Part shown: piece after piece, positions 10,696 to 21,579 of the stretch | Layout of the letters: the number at the start of each line of letters is the position of its first letter | How positions within the stretch are numbered: position 1 is the stretch's first letter | Origin: Octopus sinensis | Taxonomy: Eukaryota | Assembly: GCF_006345805.1 (NCBI RefSeq) | Contig: NC_043000.1 | Coordinates: forward strand, 66,216,001 to 66,280,000 | DNA: 64,000 bases | Direction: 5' to 3' | Program-made: the position numbers and the translations under genes | Notes under the pieces: generated by a model | What the model was told of the DNA's origin: nothing | The model's input: the letters and a program-made list of their open reading frames with translations, nothing else | Databases searched by the model: none

Positions 10696-13508
10696 AGGGT
10701 TTTTCAATTTCTGTCAATCAAATTCACTCACAAAGCTTTGGTCTGCCCATGGCTACAGTAGAAGACACTTGCCCAAGGTGCCACACAGAGGGACTGAACC
10801 TGGAACCATGTGGTTAGGAAGCAAGCTTCTTACCACACAGTCATGCCTGCACCTATACTATATACCAATCTCTTTTTTGTTGTAGAATGTCTCATGTTTG
10901 AAACTACTTTTGTTGCAAAAGTCAAGATTACTGAGGACAAGGGACTTGTATAAAAAAAAACTTTTTGATATTTAACATCATTATTGCTAGCTCTGTCTGG
11001 CAACTGTGTCGGTGGCACGTAAAAGCACCATCCGTTCGCGTCTGTTGCCAGCCTCGGCTGGCCCCCGTGCCGGTGACACGTAAAAGCACCGTCCGTTCGT
11101 GGCCGTTTGCCAGCTCTGTCTGGCCCCGTGTCGGTGGTATGTAAAAGCACCATCCGTTCGTGTTCATTGTCAGCCTCGGCTGGCCCCCGTGCCGGTGACA
11201 CGTAAAAGCACCGTCCGTTCGTGGTCGTTTGCCAGCTCTGTCTGGCCCTGTGTCGGTGGCACGTAAAAGCACCATCCGTTCGTGTTCATTGTCAGCCTCG
11301 GCTGGCCCCCGTGCCAGTGACACGTAAAAGCACCGTCCGTTCGTGGCCGTTTGCCAGCTCTGTCTGGCCCCGTGTCGGTGGCACGTAAAAGCACCATCCG
11401 TTCGTGTTCATTGTCAGCCTCGGCTGGCCCCCGTGCCGGTGACACGTAAAAGCACCGTCCGTTCGTGGTCGTTTGCCAGCTCTGTCTGGCCCCGTGTCGG
11501 TGGCACGTAAAAGCACCATCCGTTCGTGTTCATTGTCAGCCTCGGCTGGCCCCCGTGCCGGTGACACGTAAAAGCACCGTCCGTTCGTGGCCGTTTGCCA
11601 GCTCTGTCTGGCCCCGTGTCGGTGGCACGTAAAAGCACCATCCGTTCGTGTTCATTGTCAGCCTCGGCTGGCCCCCGTGCCGGTGACACGTAAAAGCACC
11701 GTCCGTTCGTGGCCGTTTGCCAGCTCTGTCTGGCCCCGTGTCAGTGGCACGTAAAAGCACCGTCCGCTCGTGGCCGTTTGCCAGCTCTGTCTGGCCCCGT
11801 GTCGGTGGCACGTAAAAGCACCATCCGTTCGTGTTCGTTGTCAGCCTCGGCTGGCCCCCGTGTCGGTGGCACGTAAAAGCACCATCCGTTCGTGTTCGTT
11901 GTCAGCCTCGGCTGGCCCCCGTGCCGGTGACACGTAAAAGCACCGTCCGTTCGTGGCCGTTTGCCAGCTCTGTCTGGCCCTGTGTCGGTGGCACATAAAA
12001 GCACCATCCGTTCGTGTCCGTTGCCAGCATCGCCTGGCCCCGTGCCGGTGACACGTAAAAGCACCATCCGTTCGTGGCCGTTCGCCAGCTCTGTCTGGCA
12101 CCTGTGCAGGTGGCACGTAAAAAACACCCACTACACTCGCGGAGTGGTTGGCATTAGGAAGGGCATCCAGCCGTAGAAACACTGCCAGATCTGACTGGGC
12201 CTGACGAAGCCTTCCAGCTTCATAGACCCCAGTTGACCCGTCCAACCCATGCTAGCATGGAAAGCGGACGCTAAATGATGATGATGATGATGATTGAGAA
12301 TAACTATGAAATTTATTTTTGCAATAAAAGAATTAATGATTATTTAAATAAGAGAACACAATCACAATTAAAATAAAATCTTACCTTTGTAATCATTATA
12401 TGTTCCATAAGCAAAAAGGTTAAAGAGTCGAAAATAAGGGGCTGTTTGTTCATCATGTTCCAGCTATTCATAAATACATATATAAAACAATTAATTTAAT
12501 CATATGAAACTGAACAGAATAACATCTACATAATCATTGTTTTTAAAGTCCATTTTCTATGGCCAGATGCCATTCCTGTCGTCAACCTTCACCTGTTTCC
12601 AAGTATGGTAACATTTCCCCATGATTAGACGTGTTTTTATGGAAGACTGGAGATGAAGGAACACCAACAGCTTGATGGAGATACTCATTTACAGCAATCA
12701 TGTAATGTCAAGGCAAGGACACAGTAAAACACACACACACGCACACATATATATAACTACATGTGAACTGCTGGCAATTTTTTTCCTCCTCCTTCCCTTT
12801 CTTTTGAACTTTCCTGTCTCTTGTTTCCGAATAAGAGCTTTGCTCAAAACATAAAACAACCACTCTTTCTTTCCTTCTCTGAGCATCTTATTAATACTTT
12901 GCATGTACCATGTCCTCGCATTGCGGCTTTTTCTCGTTGTCTCCTTTTCTCCGTATTTTGATTATATATATATATATATACACACACATACATACATACA
13001 TACACACATATGTCATGCTGCCACTTCTAACAGGTCCAACCAATCACACATGTTCCTTTGACATAGCACAATGAATAAATTGAAATTAAGTTACTTAGAA
13101 GATCTGGTAGATATACATGACAGGCTTCTTTCAGTTTCAATCTACAAGCTCCACTCACAAGGCTTTGGTCAAACTAGGGCATATAGCAGAAGATACTTGC
13201 TTAAGGTACCAATAGTGTAAATTGAAACCAGAACCATGTGGTTGGGAAGCAAATTTCTTAACCATGTAGCCACACCTATAAGAGGTGTAAAAAAACCCAA
13301 ATAAAAACAAAAAATAGATCTTCAAAAAGAGCAAATGTATTTAAGGTCTTACCTGTTGGATGTTGGGTGAATCAAGGAGTTCTCCAAATACAAATATCCC
13401 TGGGTGATCTAAAACCTGTTGTATAAGTTTGACAGCTTCTTCACCTTTCACTGTATTGGCCTTTTCTATAAATCCTTCCAGGCGGTTGACTAAAGTTTTT
13501 TCTGTCAT
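2977..13508 (-). CDS. COPS7: COP9 signalosome complex subunit 7 (CSN7, PCI domain); spliced CDS join(13353-13508,12385-12463,8319-8407,6923-6982,5434-5576,4523-4628,3520-3644,2977-2992), about 257 aa
   Basis: All exons have GT-AG boundaries with compatible phases (156+79+89+60+143+106+125+16=774 nt). The translation carries CSN7 hallmarks: [74 protein letters not shown]. The last exon is less certain. Confidence 0.95.
3520..3644 (-). CDS. COPS7: COPS7 coding exon 7 ([10 protein letters not shown]...KLTKIKG)
   Basis: TTTTCAG acceptor, AGG|GTATGT donor, 125 nt. Confidence 0.9.
3850..4103 (+). mobile_element. SINE/LINE-tail retroposon with (TGA)n tail, degenerate
   Basis: GGTTGGCATTAGGAAGGGCATCCA-CTGTAGAAAC core shared with 12146, 31691, 56731 and minus-strand copies. 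Confidence 0.75.
4523..4628 (-). CDS. COPS7: COPS7 coding exon 6 ([10 protein letters not shown]...QIENE)
   Basis: TTTACAG acceptor, GAA|GTTAGT donor, 106 nt. Confidence 0.94.
5434..5576 (-). CDS. COPS7: COPS7 coding exon 5 ([10 protein letters not shown]...IISVLQEW)
   Basis: TTTCAG acceptor, GTATGC donor, 143 nt, PCI winged-helix region. Confidence 0.95.
5669..6450 (-). mobile_element. same retroposon family with long pyrimidine-rich upstream part
   Basis: (CAT)n tail at left, core motif at about 5790-5820, purine-rich plus strand 5940-6450. Confidence 0.55.
6923..6982 (-). CDS. COPS7: COPS7 coding exon 4 ([20 protein letters not shown])
   Basis: TTCCAG acceptor, GAG|GTAAG donor, 60 nt, in frame. 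Confidence 0.95.
7182..7405. mobile_element. piggyBac-like MITE copy
   Basis: Homologous to 989-1206; second copy adjacent at about 7586-7806. Confidence 0.7.
8319..8407 (-). CDS. COPS7: COPS7 coding exon 3 ([30 protein letters not shown])
   Basis: poly-T/TACAG acceptor, GTAAGT donor, 89 nt, KLRHL motif. Confidence 0.95.
8518..8728. mobile_element. piggyBac-like MITE copy
   Basis: Starts TTAACCCTTTAACATT; body homologous to the other copies. Confidence 0.7.
10437..10855 (-). mobile_element. tRNA-derived SINE (family of 37978-38399)
   Basis: Reverse-complement match to the A/B-box head, CCTTGGGCAAGTGTCTTC box, internal (TA)/(TG) tract and tail. Confidence 0.85.
10985..12128 (+). repeat. minisatellite: 19 x about 61-bp monomers, mostly as a 122-bp A/B dimer
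   Basis: TAAAAGCACC recurs every 61 nt from 11020 to 11996, then at 12056 and about 12118; GC- and CpG-rich. Confidence 0.97.
12129..12295 (+). mobile_element. 3' body and (TGA)n tail of the retroposon hosting the array
   Basis: GGTTGGCATTAGGAAGGGCATCCAGCCGTAGAAAC...CCCATGCTAGCATGGAAAGCGGACGCTAAA(TGA)n; CpGs intact. Confidence 0.85.
12385..12463 (-). CDS. COPS7: COPS7 coding exon 2 ([26 protein letters not shown])
   Basis: AATAG acceptor, AAG|GTAAG donor, 79 nt, conserved LFAYGTY. Confidence 0.95.
12755..12964 (+). mobile_element. Penelope-type terminal-repeat fragment with decayed minimal hammerhead-like motif
   Basis: Homologous to the reverse complement of 51872-52075. Confidence 0.5.
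13353..13508 (-). CDS. COPS7: COPS7 coding exon 1 ([10 protein letters not shown]...SPNIQQ)
   Basis: ATG at 13508, donor CAG|GTAAG at 13352, phase 0; probable acceptor TTGTCTTCAG just upstream of 13556. Confidence 0.93.
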
Positions 13509-13860
13509 ATTGTTTAAATCACTATTAAGAGAAATATTTAATAATGTAAACAAACACTGAAGACAAATGGCTTTTACAACTTGCATTTCTTTTAAGAGGT
13601 CTGAACTATAACCAGAGTAACTTACTGTAAAACTATGTAACCCTTTTGATACCAATAAGCCCAAGACAGCCCCTAGTTCTAGGATATAAACTCCTTATTA
13701 CATACGGATTTAATTAAAAACCTTCCATTAAAGTTTCAAATCAATTTGCATACCAAACAGAAAATTAATAATGACAGCTATTTAATTAAATTCATCATTA
13801 ATTTCAAAATTTATTGACAAAGGTAGTATATTTTCAACAGCACTATGAAAAGGATTAAGT

Positions 13861-14177
13861 CAGTGATTCTCAACCATTTTTCGTCTATGGACCTCTTTGA
13901 TTACTATTTTATTTGGGTAGACCCCCATAGCCATTCAATGTTTAAAAACCAGTTTTATAGATATTTCTTTCAGAATTCCTAGTTTGTTTATCACATATTC
14001 ACTTATGTAGGCTGAATTCTGTAAAACATCAGAGAAATAAAATCTCACTGTTTCTTGCAATAAATACATCTAAAGCAAAAGTTTTTCACGGCCCTAATTT
14101 ACTATTTTGCTAGTGTGGACCCTACACAATCTTATATGGACTACAGGGATCATAGGGACCCTGGTTGAGAACCACTA
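13861..14177. mobile_element. hAT-type MITE, related to 2215-2451
   Basis: TIRs CAGTGATTCTCAACC / GGTTGAGAACCACTA; degenerate 8-bp TSD. Confidence 0.75.
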
Positions 14178-14281
14178 GGTTAAATAAATAACTCATCAGG
14201 CTGATCAGCAGACATACAACAGCCACCAGCTCATAGATGAGCTGTTTCTTCTTTGTTCAACTAATATTATAACATCATCTA

Positions 14282-14485
14282 AGGTGGCAAGCTGGCAGAA
14301 TCATTAGCACACCAGGAAAATGCTTAGTGGCATTTCACCCGTGTTTACATTTTGAGTTCAAATTCTGCCAGGGTTGACTTTGCCTTTCATCCTTTTGGGG
14401 TCAATAAAATAAGTACAAGTTGAACACTGGGGCTGACATAATCAACGTAATCTCTCCTCCAAACTTGTGTCAAAATTTGAAACCA
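14282..14485 (+). mobile_element. tRNA-derived SINE, second family
   Basis: GAGTTCAAATTC B-box and GCCTTTCATCCTTT-GGGGTC-ATAAAATAAGTAC domain; copies at about 9550, 37745, 39638 and 50043. Confidence 0.8.
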
Positions 14486-17400
14486 ATATTCTAACACCAT
14501 CTGTTTCTAGCTGGCAACATGATTCCTGTACCAATGCACATCCAACACACCTGGCTTTCTTACCTTGTTATTACTGTTGTATTTTACTACTCACATTCTA
14601 CACTGAACACTTTCTAAATTCCTCCTCCTCAGATACTGGTTTAACAGATGTCACATTGCATCAATCTCAACAGTCTGAGAAGGCCTTTAGGGTCACAAGC
14701 AGTATTTCTTTTATGACTGACTATTTTCTTTTTTAATGTAACAATTAGAACAAATAGCAGAAGAATAAATAATAATTGATAGGAAAATGATGACAACTAA
14801 TCTCCTTATTTTAGAGATTAAATGGATAAACTTTTTTTTTCAATAATCTATCTAGCACCATTGTCTTAAATGAAAGAAACAAATAAGAACAGGACTACAT
14901 TGATGCAAAATACAAAGTCTGCTTAAAGGTTAAAAAATATGTCTCAACACTGAAAGTAATTTGAATAGTAGAGTTTATGCCAATTATAAGAGTCAGAACA
15001 TAGACATTCTTATCAGTTATTTTGAATTTTAGAATCACACAAAGTAGATAGTTGAAATCTGTAAACAATAAAAATACAGGTATGTTTTATAAATGATGAA
15101 AGAATCTTTATAAACAGTTTGTAGAACAAGATGCCAAAGTATCTAAATATATAGATAGATTGCAAAGTCCAATATAGAAAACAGATGGAGACATATTGTT
15201 TGACTGTCATGGCTTCCAGAGACAGCAGGCCAAAAGTTGATTTTGATAAAAAAAAAAACAAGGAAATAAATACATAATGTTAAAATGTAATATGATTGGG
15301 CATACAGTTAGAAAGCCTACACATAATATCCACATGTAATGCAACTGAAGGGAAAAAATGACAACAGACAACTAATCAGCTACGAAGCAACATCCGATTG
15401 AATTTAGATACATAATGATGATAATTTTTAAAGCTTAAAATGATTCCAGACTGTAAAATACATATTTTAGAATCCTTATGTAGCAACAGAGTGCAAGCAA
15501 TGAAAATAGCTAACATTTCATTGCAGTTCAGTAAACAAAAGTCTCATTATGAATATTCATCACAAAACAACTTGTGTGTTTCATTGAAAAGACATGAGTC
15601 TAGCTGACAGTGTGCAAACAACATGCTCTCTTATAAAACAAACATTGGTTATTTTTGCATCCGCACAATAATGCTATTGAAAGATTTTTGCCCTAACCTC
15701 AGCTGCCAGTGCTGCATTTTCAGAGGTGTACTGAAGCTGTTTATGATGAACAAAAGTAACAAATGCATGTATGCATTCTTTTTACTATATCAGTCATCAT
15801 GGAATGCTACTTTATATATCAAAATCCATGTAAAATCTACTCAGAAGTAACAAAGAGTAAAAACATTGAGAAAATTTATGCTTGAACTGGCATTAGAAAA
15901 AAATCAAACTGTTTCATATTTATGAAAGGTAATTGTATGAGTTATATACTAAGTATAATCAAAGGACAATAACCAAATATGATACTTTAACATATTTAAA
16001 TATCCACCTGCCTACCCACCTCTCTCTCTCTTTTCATCATTGTCCAAGACACATGGTTTGACTAGGTTTGATTCAAAATGTTAAAAGAAGAAAAGAAGAA
16101 ACAGCAGAGATAGGTTGCAAGCCAAGAACTCCATTTAATTTTGACTTTCTTTTCAGCTGTTTTTGCAGATTCCCATGACTCTCTGCTGTCATCTAATTCC
16201 ATTATCATGAATTTGAATTGGGAGCTTGAATCTTAGTGAATCTTTCATTAGCTGATTACACAACCATGAATGCCACCCCTATGGATGTGTTGCAGTTACT
16301 CTCTTGATAGAGCTTTGTGATCCTGACTGTTGATCTTCTAGGATTCCTCTGCTCAGCATCAATGTAAGAAGCACTGTTGGCTCAGCTCTCTTCTCAATCC
16401 ACCATGCTGCAGTCCCATGACTTCACCGTATCCCTGGCAGGGTGACTAAACAGGTGTTATGCCTTGCCAAAGGGCAGCCTGTAACTGTGTAAGGTACAGT
16501 CATCACTCCCATGAAATATTTTCAAGGTATCTGCATACCCTAATTTAGACTTTAAATATATCTCTCATTCCATTCCTTAATATCCTTTTGTATGGAAACA
16601 AGTTGGTGCAAATGACTGACACATTCATGCTGCCTGACTTTAGAACATTGTCCCAGCTACGATCAGCATATTGGGTCTGCCACCACTACAATATTTCCCC
16701 CTGGATAACTAAATGCCCACCCTTTTGTAGTTTCCAACTGCTACTAACTGGATACATTATAGCTCTTTGACTTACCCCTTCAGTAAGGATAATCAAGAAT
16801 GGCATCCTGAGTAGTGACGACAACCTATCAAGAAAGCCAGACAGTCTGAACAAGTTGAGAAGTATATGAAAGGAGTTCCGTCCTATTCATACAATGGAGA
16901 CAGAGATATCAGCACAAGATACAGAGAGAGAGAGCTATCAATGTGATAGGAAGGAATAAATAGAGGAAACATGGACTCCACAAACCATAAAGAAATCAAG
17001 CCAGAAAACATGAGGTTTATAACAAAGTTGGCCAGTTTTTTTTCTTTTGGTTGCACCATGTGTGTTAGATGATAAAGAACTGTGATAAGAATTGAGACCT
17101 AACCAATGCCAAAATGGAAAAGAGAACATGAAAGGATAATGATTTCTATACCAATAGAGATTTGAAAGTATTTCAAATTCAGTTGCTATTTGAACTGATT
17201 AGAGATATTTCTACAACTAAATGTTATTTCTAATACTCAAACACAATACTAAGCATTGTTCATTTTTCAACCAAATTCTCAAAGATGTGTAAAAATGTTG
17301 TTACTTATCCTAGAAAATGTGAACAAAAGACATAAAAATCAGTCATCAAACACATGGTACTCATCATCATCATTTAATGTCTGCTTTCCATGCTGGCATG

Positions 17401-17594
17401 GGTTAGATGGTAAGCTGGAGAGCTGCACCAGATTCCACTCCGATTTGGTATGGTTTCTACAGCTGGATGCCCTCCCTAATGTCACCCACTCCAAGACTGT
17501 AATGGGTGCCTTTTACATGCCAGTCACATGACAATGGCCACAATTACAATTTGATTTGGCTTGACAAGTCTTCTCAAGCATTATATATTCTTTT

Positions 17595-17900
17595 GGAGGC
17601 ACAATGGCCCAGTGGTTAGGGCAGCAGACTCACAGTCGGAGGATTGCGGTTTTGATTTCCAGACCGGACGTTGCGTGTTTATTGAGTGAAAACACCTAAA
17701 GCTCCATGAAGCTCCGGCAGGGGTTGGTGACGATCCCTGTTGTACTCTTTCGCCCCAACTTTCTCTCACTCTTTCTTCCTGTTTCTTGGGTAACACTGCG
17801 ATGGACTGGCGTCCCGTCCAGCTGGGGGGAACACATACGCCACAGAAACCGGGCCCATGAGCCTGGCTAGGCTTGAAAAGGGCACATAAATAAATAAAAA
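17595..17900 (+). mobile_element. tRNA-derived SINE, third family (V-SINE-like domain), full length
   Basis: A-box TGGCCCAGTGG, GCGATGGACTGGCGTCCCGTCCAG domain, (TAAA)n tail, 11-bp TSD ATATATTCTTT (17583-17593, 17901-17911). Confidence 0.85.
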
Positions 17901-17938
17901 ATATATTCTTTCACATAAAACTAATATCTTTTGCTGCT

Positions 17939-18155
17939 TTAATCCTTTAGCATTTAAACCAACCATATCAAGCCCAAATATTCTATGTGATTTATGTTCA
18001 AACAGGATAGATCTGATCTCTCACTTCTACTCTACAATATCATTCTGGAAAATAAATAATTACATCATCGAAACAAGATAATGCATGCTTAATTAAAAAC
18101 GATGTGAATAAAAAGTATTACACTTGATAAAGCAATCTGAATGCTAAAGAGTTAA
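17939..18155. mobile_element. piggyBac-like MITE copy
   Basis: TTAATCCTTTAGCATT...AATGCTAAAGAGTTAA termini. Confidence 0.7.
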
Positions 18156-20234
18156 TCAATGGGAGAAAGGGAACGTAATAAATGATACATTAACATCTAT
18201 TTTTGCAGAGTTTTTTTGATTACTGTTCCAAGAAGACCAATTTTCCAACTTCTCACGGGAGTTACGTTCCAAAGCACCCGCAATAGGTGAAAATCCGCAA
18301 AGTAGAAACAGTACTGTACTGTTTTTTTTTTTTTTATAATTTGTATACATTTATTTTATTATAAATGCAAAACAATACAACAGAGGAAGTGACATAATAA
18401 ACCACGATATGGTGAGGGATTAGTGTACAAATAAATTTAGATTTATCCTATTTTATAGAATATTTCCATAATGGTCATCGAGTTTCTGTGATATTGTTAA
18501 AGGAATTAAAGACACAATGCATTGATGTAAAAATTTTAGTTTTTTAAATGATGCACAAGATGTGCTATGTTGGTTTGAAAGACAAAATCAATTTTGACAA
18601 AACTGAGGAAATCTGTCCTGTATCTCACATAAAATACACGGGACAGGCTTTCATGGTGTCCATCTATTGTATATGATGTACATTCCCAATTTTTTTTCCA
18701 ACCACCAGAGTAACCTGGGATTTGTGAAAGGAAAGTTTTATATTTACTCAGAACATATGAAACAAGGTCTAACTGAAAGACTGAAAATAAGAATGGACTT
18801 ATGAAAATGCTTTGGACAGGCAAAAGGGTTAAGAATGAGCAAAAATATTTGAATTGCAAACCAAGATAGTAAAACCTAAAACTAAGAAACTATGCTCAAA
18901 GCAATGTATTGAGTCTAATAATAGACTACATTTGAAGAGCTAACATATTCAACCCCTATCAAGGTGGGATAACAGAATTAATAAAAGATGGATTGTAAGA
19001 GTTGATCTTTCCTTCTGGATTTTCAGAAGTATTTTGGCCAATGTCTCAACAGTACTGGTTCTAAACCCTTTTAATATCCAGACAAGATCAAAACTTGGAT
19101 TTTTTTAGGGGCTGCACAAAAATAAGTAAAATACAAGTCAATTAAAGAGAAACGTATTATATTTCTAGAAAGACTGTCAGGGCCACCAGAAGAATGAGTG
19201 AACCACTGCTTTACATGGTCACTCAAACTGCTAGAAGTGGCAGTCAAGTCACATCTTACTGCCTTGTGAAAAAAAAAAGACATTGAAAAATGTAGTCCTT
19301 GATACATTATGTCTGAAACAAATGAAATGGTCATTGCTGGAACACCTTTGATAAAATATATGTTCAATCCGGCTGATTTGGGGTGAAAGAGCAACATATC
19401 AGTTGATTCAGTTATATTTTAAAAACATTCTTGTCATTAATTACCACTGGCCTTCCAAAAAAAAAACAAAACAAAAAAAACAGCCATACCCAAAATTACT
19501 GTTGAAATTTGAGTACAGACATAGAATTAATTTCCATAAGAAGAATAATAAATGAAAATCCTTTTACTTTGATGTTGTAAAACAAAAATTCATATTGGCT
19601 GATTATAGTTTGCACAAATGGAATAAACTTCAACATTCTATGACTGGCATTTCTGAGTCGGTGCTGTTTACATTTCAGCCCTGGTGAAAAGTATGCATGT
19701 CGTAAATTCATACTTCCTTTTCTATTTTCACGTAGTGTGCAACCAGAAGCACAGCATTCTTCTTTGAAGTCGACAGGGTGTAATATAAAGATTTGATGCC
19801 TCCTCTAACATAATGTTGACGCTATAAACTGAATATCTAGCGTAATAGATTTTTCTCGTTCAGCAGTATTTTTTAAAAAATTTCCTTAATTGCCCAGTTT
19901 GTAACATTAAACAAAAGTTAAACATATTGTAGATTCAATACAATATATAATATCAACGAGAGACCAATATGAAACATTGTTCATAAGCAACGGTTAAAGG
20001 AGAGTCAGAGACAAAAAAAAAAAAAAAACTAAATTAGATTGATGTTTCAAGAACCTGTCATTGCCTTGAGTATCAAATGATGGATTAAAATTGTCCAAAC
20101 TTTAACGGCCAGTGGTGGAAACGAGTGCTTCTTTAAACGATATTTTAATGTAAAACATTATAATCATATTAAGGTTCGAATATTTACATAATTTCGAACC
20201 AGTGTAGTTATCAATTAAATAGACAGAGTATGTA

Positions 20235-20304
<70 letters not shown>

Positions 20305-20481
20305 CTATATGTGTGTGTGTGCGAGTGAATATATATATACATACATACACACACAGCGGACAAAAGATAAGTTCAAGAACAAATGATACGAAAGAACTAC
20401 AATGGACCAGAAAGAGTTAGGTGAATGTTACAGCATTTAAAGGGACATAACTAATGAATCTTTTACAATATTAATTCTTAC

Positions 20482-20539
20482 CCACCGTTTCTTGTATTTT
20501 ATTTATTTATAATAATTAGTTTGAACAGATTTTTATCAC
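20482..20539 (-). other. candidate non-coding 5'-UTR exon of COPS7 (58 nt)
   Basis: Acceptor TTTATTTACTTGCAG|G and donor TGG|GTAAGA; no ATG inside; lies between the promoter-like region and coding exon 1. Confidence 0.45.
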
Positions 20540-21579
20540 CTGCAAGTAAATAAATTCAAATTGCATATTTATGTTACTATATCAAGAGTATTAAAAATAT
20601 CCGAAAACCTCTGACAAATTCTTGAATCCCGACTACACAATCACACCATGCCAAATACGTATGTTGCCAACAATGTTAGTGCATCACCTAAAGTTTTTGA
20701 CATCATTCAGCTGTCATGACTCCAATATTAACGAAAACAAAAAAAAATTTTCGAAGTCAGCAATTACATGTTCAGGAAATAAGAATCTTTTGAAGTGGAA
20801 CATTATCTATTTTCAGTGAAGTGAAACGTACTGGAAACGTCCCATATGTGTGTGTGTGTGTGTATATATGTATGTATGTATATATGTGTGTGTGTGTATT
20901 GAAACTCCTGTAATAATGATATATTAACGCACTCATACATATTATAAGTGAAACAATAGCAGATAATTAGAATTTGAGGTTATCTTAAAGTGAAAGTATC
21001 AAGAAAGATATCTATTGCACTAAAATATTCCAGAATACTTTGTAGAATTAATGAAGCTTTATTGGGGGACTCGCCCGCAACAACCCCCTCAATACAACTG
21101 AGATGCGAACTACCAGTAAAACAATGCCACGACTCGATTTCAACTCCCGATATAAAAAATTATGGTGTTTCCGTGTTTGGTATGAATGTCATTACTATCT
21201 TTTCGCTACCCCTATTATATCCGAATTTTATGCATATGAGAAATTGGTTATTTCGGAGTTCTTAGATTTTTCTAAATATCGATCTTTTAATTAAAGATCT
21301 TCTAATTACAATCTACAAAATAGCATACGAGAAATGTTTAAAAACAATGATATTTTGTTAAATTACAAAAGATATAATTACAGCAAATTAACTTTTCGAC
21401 TTCTTAGCCAAAACATTGTTATTCCTTGACAAAAGCTGTATCATTATTCAGCTGTATCCTTCATCGCTAATGAAGTCCAGCAGCTTTCTGCCCCCAAAAT
21501 TGGATTAATTAATTCACGTCATTTAACAGATGATGCGATAAATCTGGAATGAAAAATATTTTGTAGTCTCAATACAAAA

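Noticed and set aside
10985-12128. CRISPR-like look (constant GGTGRCACGTAAAAGCACC block with intervening sequences)
   Set aside because: The intervening sequences are only two alternating, mutually related variants rather than unique spacers; there are no cas genes and the context is a eukaryotic intron.
10985-12128. Known ribozyme (HDV-like, twister, hammerhead) in the monomer
   Set aside because: CCAGCCTCGGCTGG resembles HDV P3 superficially, but I find no P1/P2/J4-2 arrangement, no twister core and no CUGANGA/GAAA.
10830-12245. Stack of overlapping 91-134 aa ORFs
   Set aside because: Artefact of a GC-rich 61/122-bp repeat cycling through frames; no recognisable domain.
13509-13664. N-terminal extension of ORF 13341-13664
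   Set aside because: No CSN7 similarity upstream of MTEKT, and a good acceptor lies at 13557-13558, so it is most likely UTR and intron.
16130-16930. Possible old LINE fragment
   Set aside because: Composition suggests it, but it is too decayed to read diagnostic motifs.
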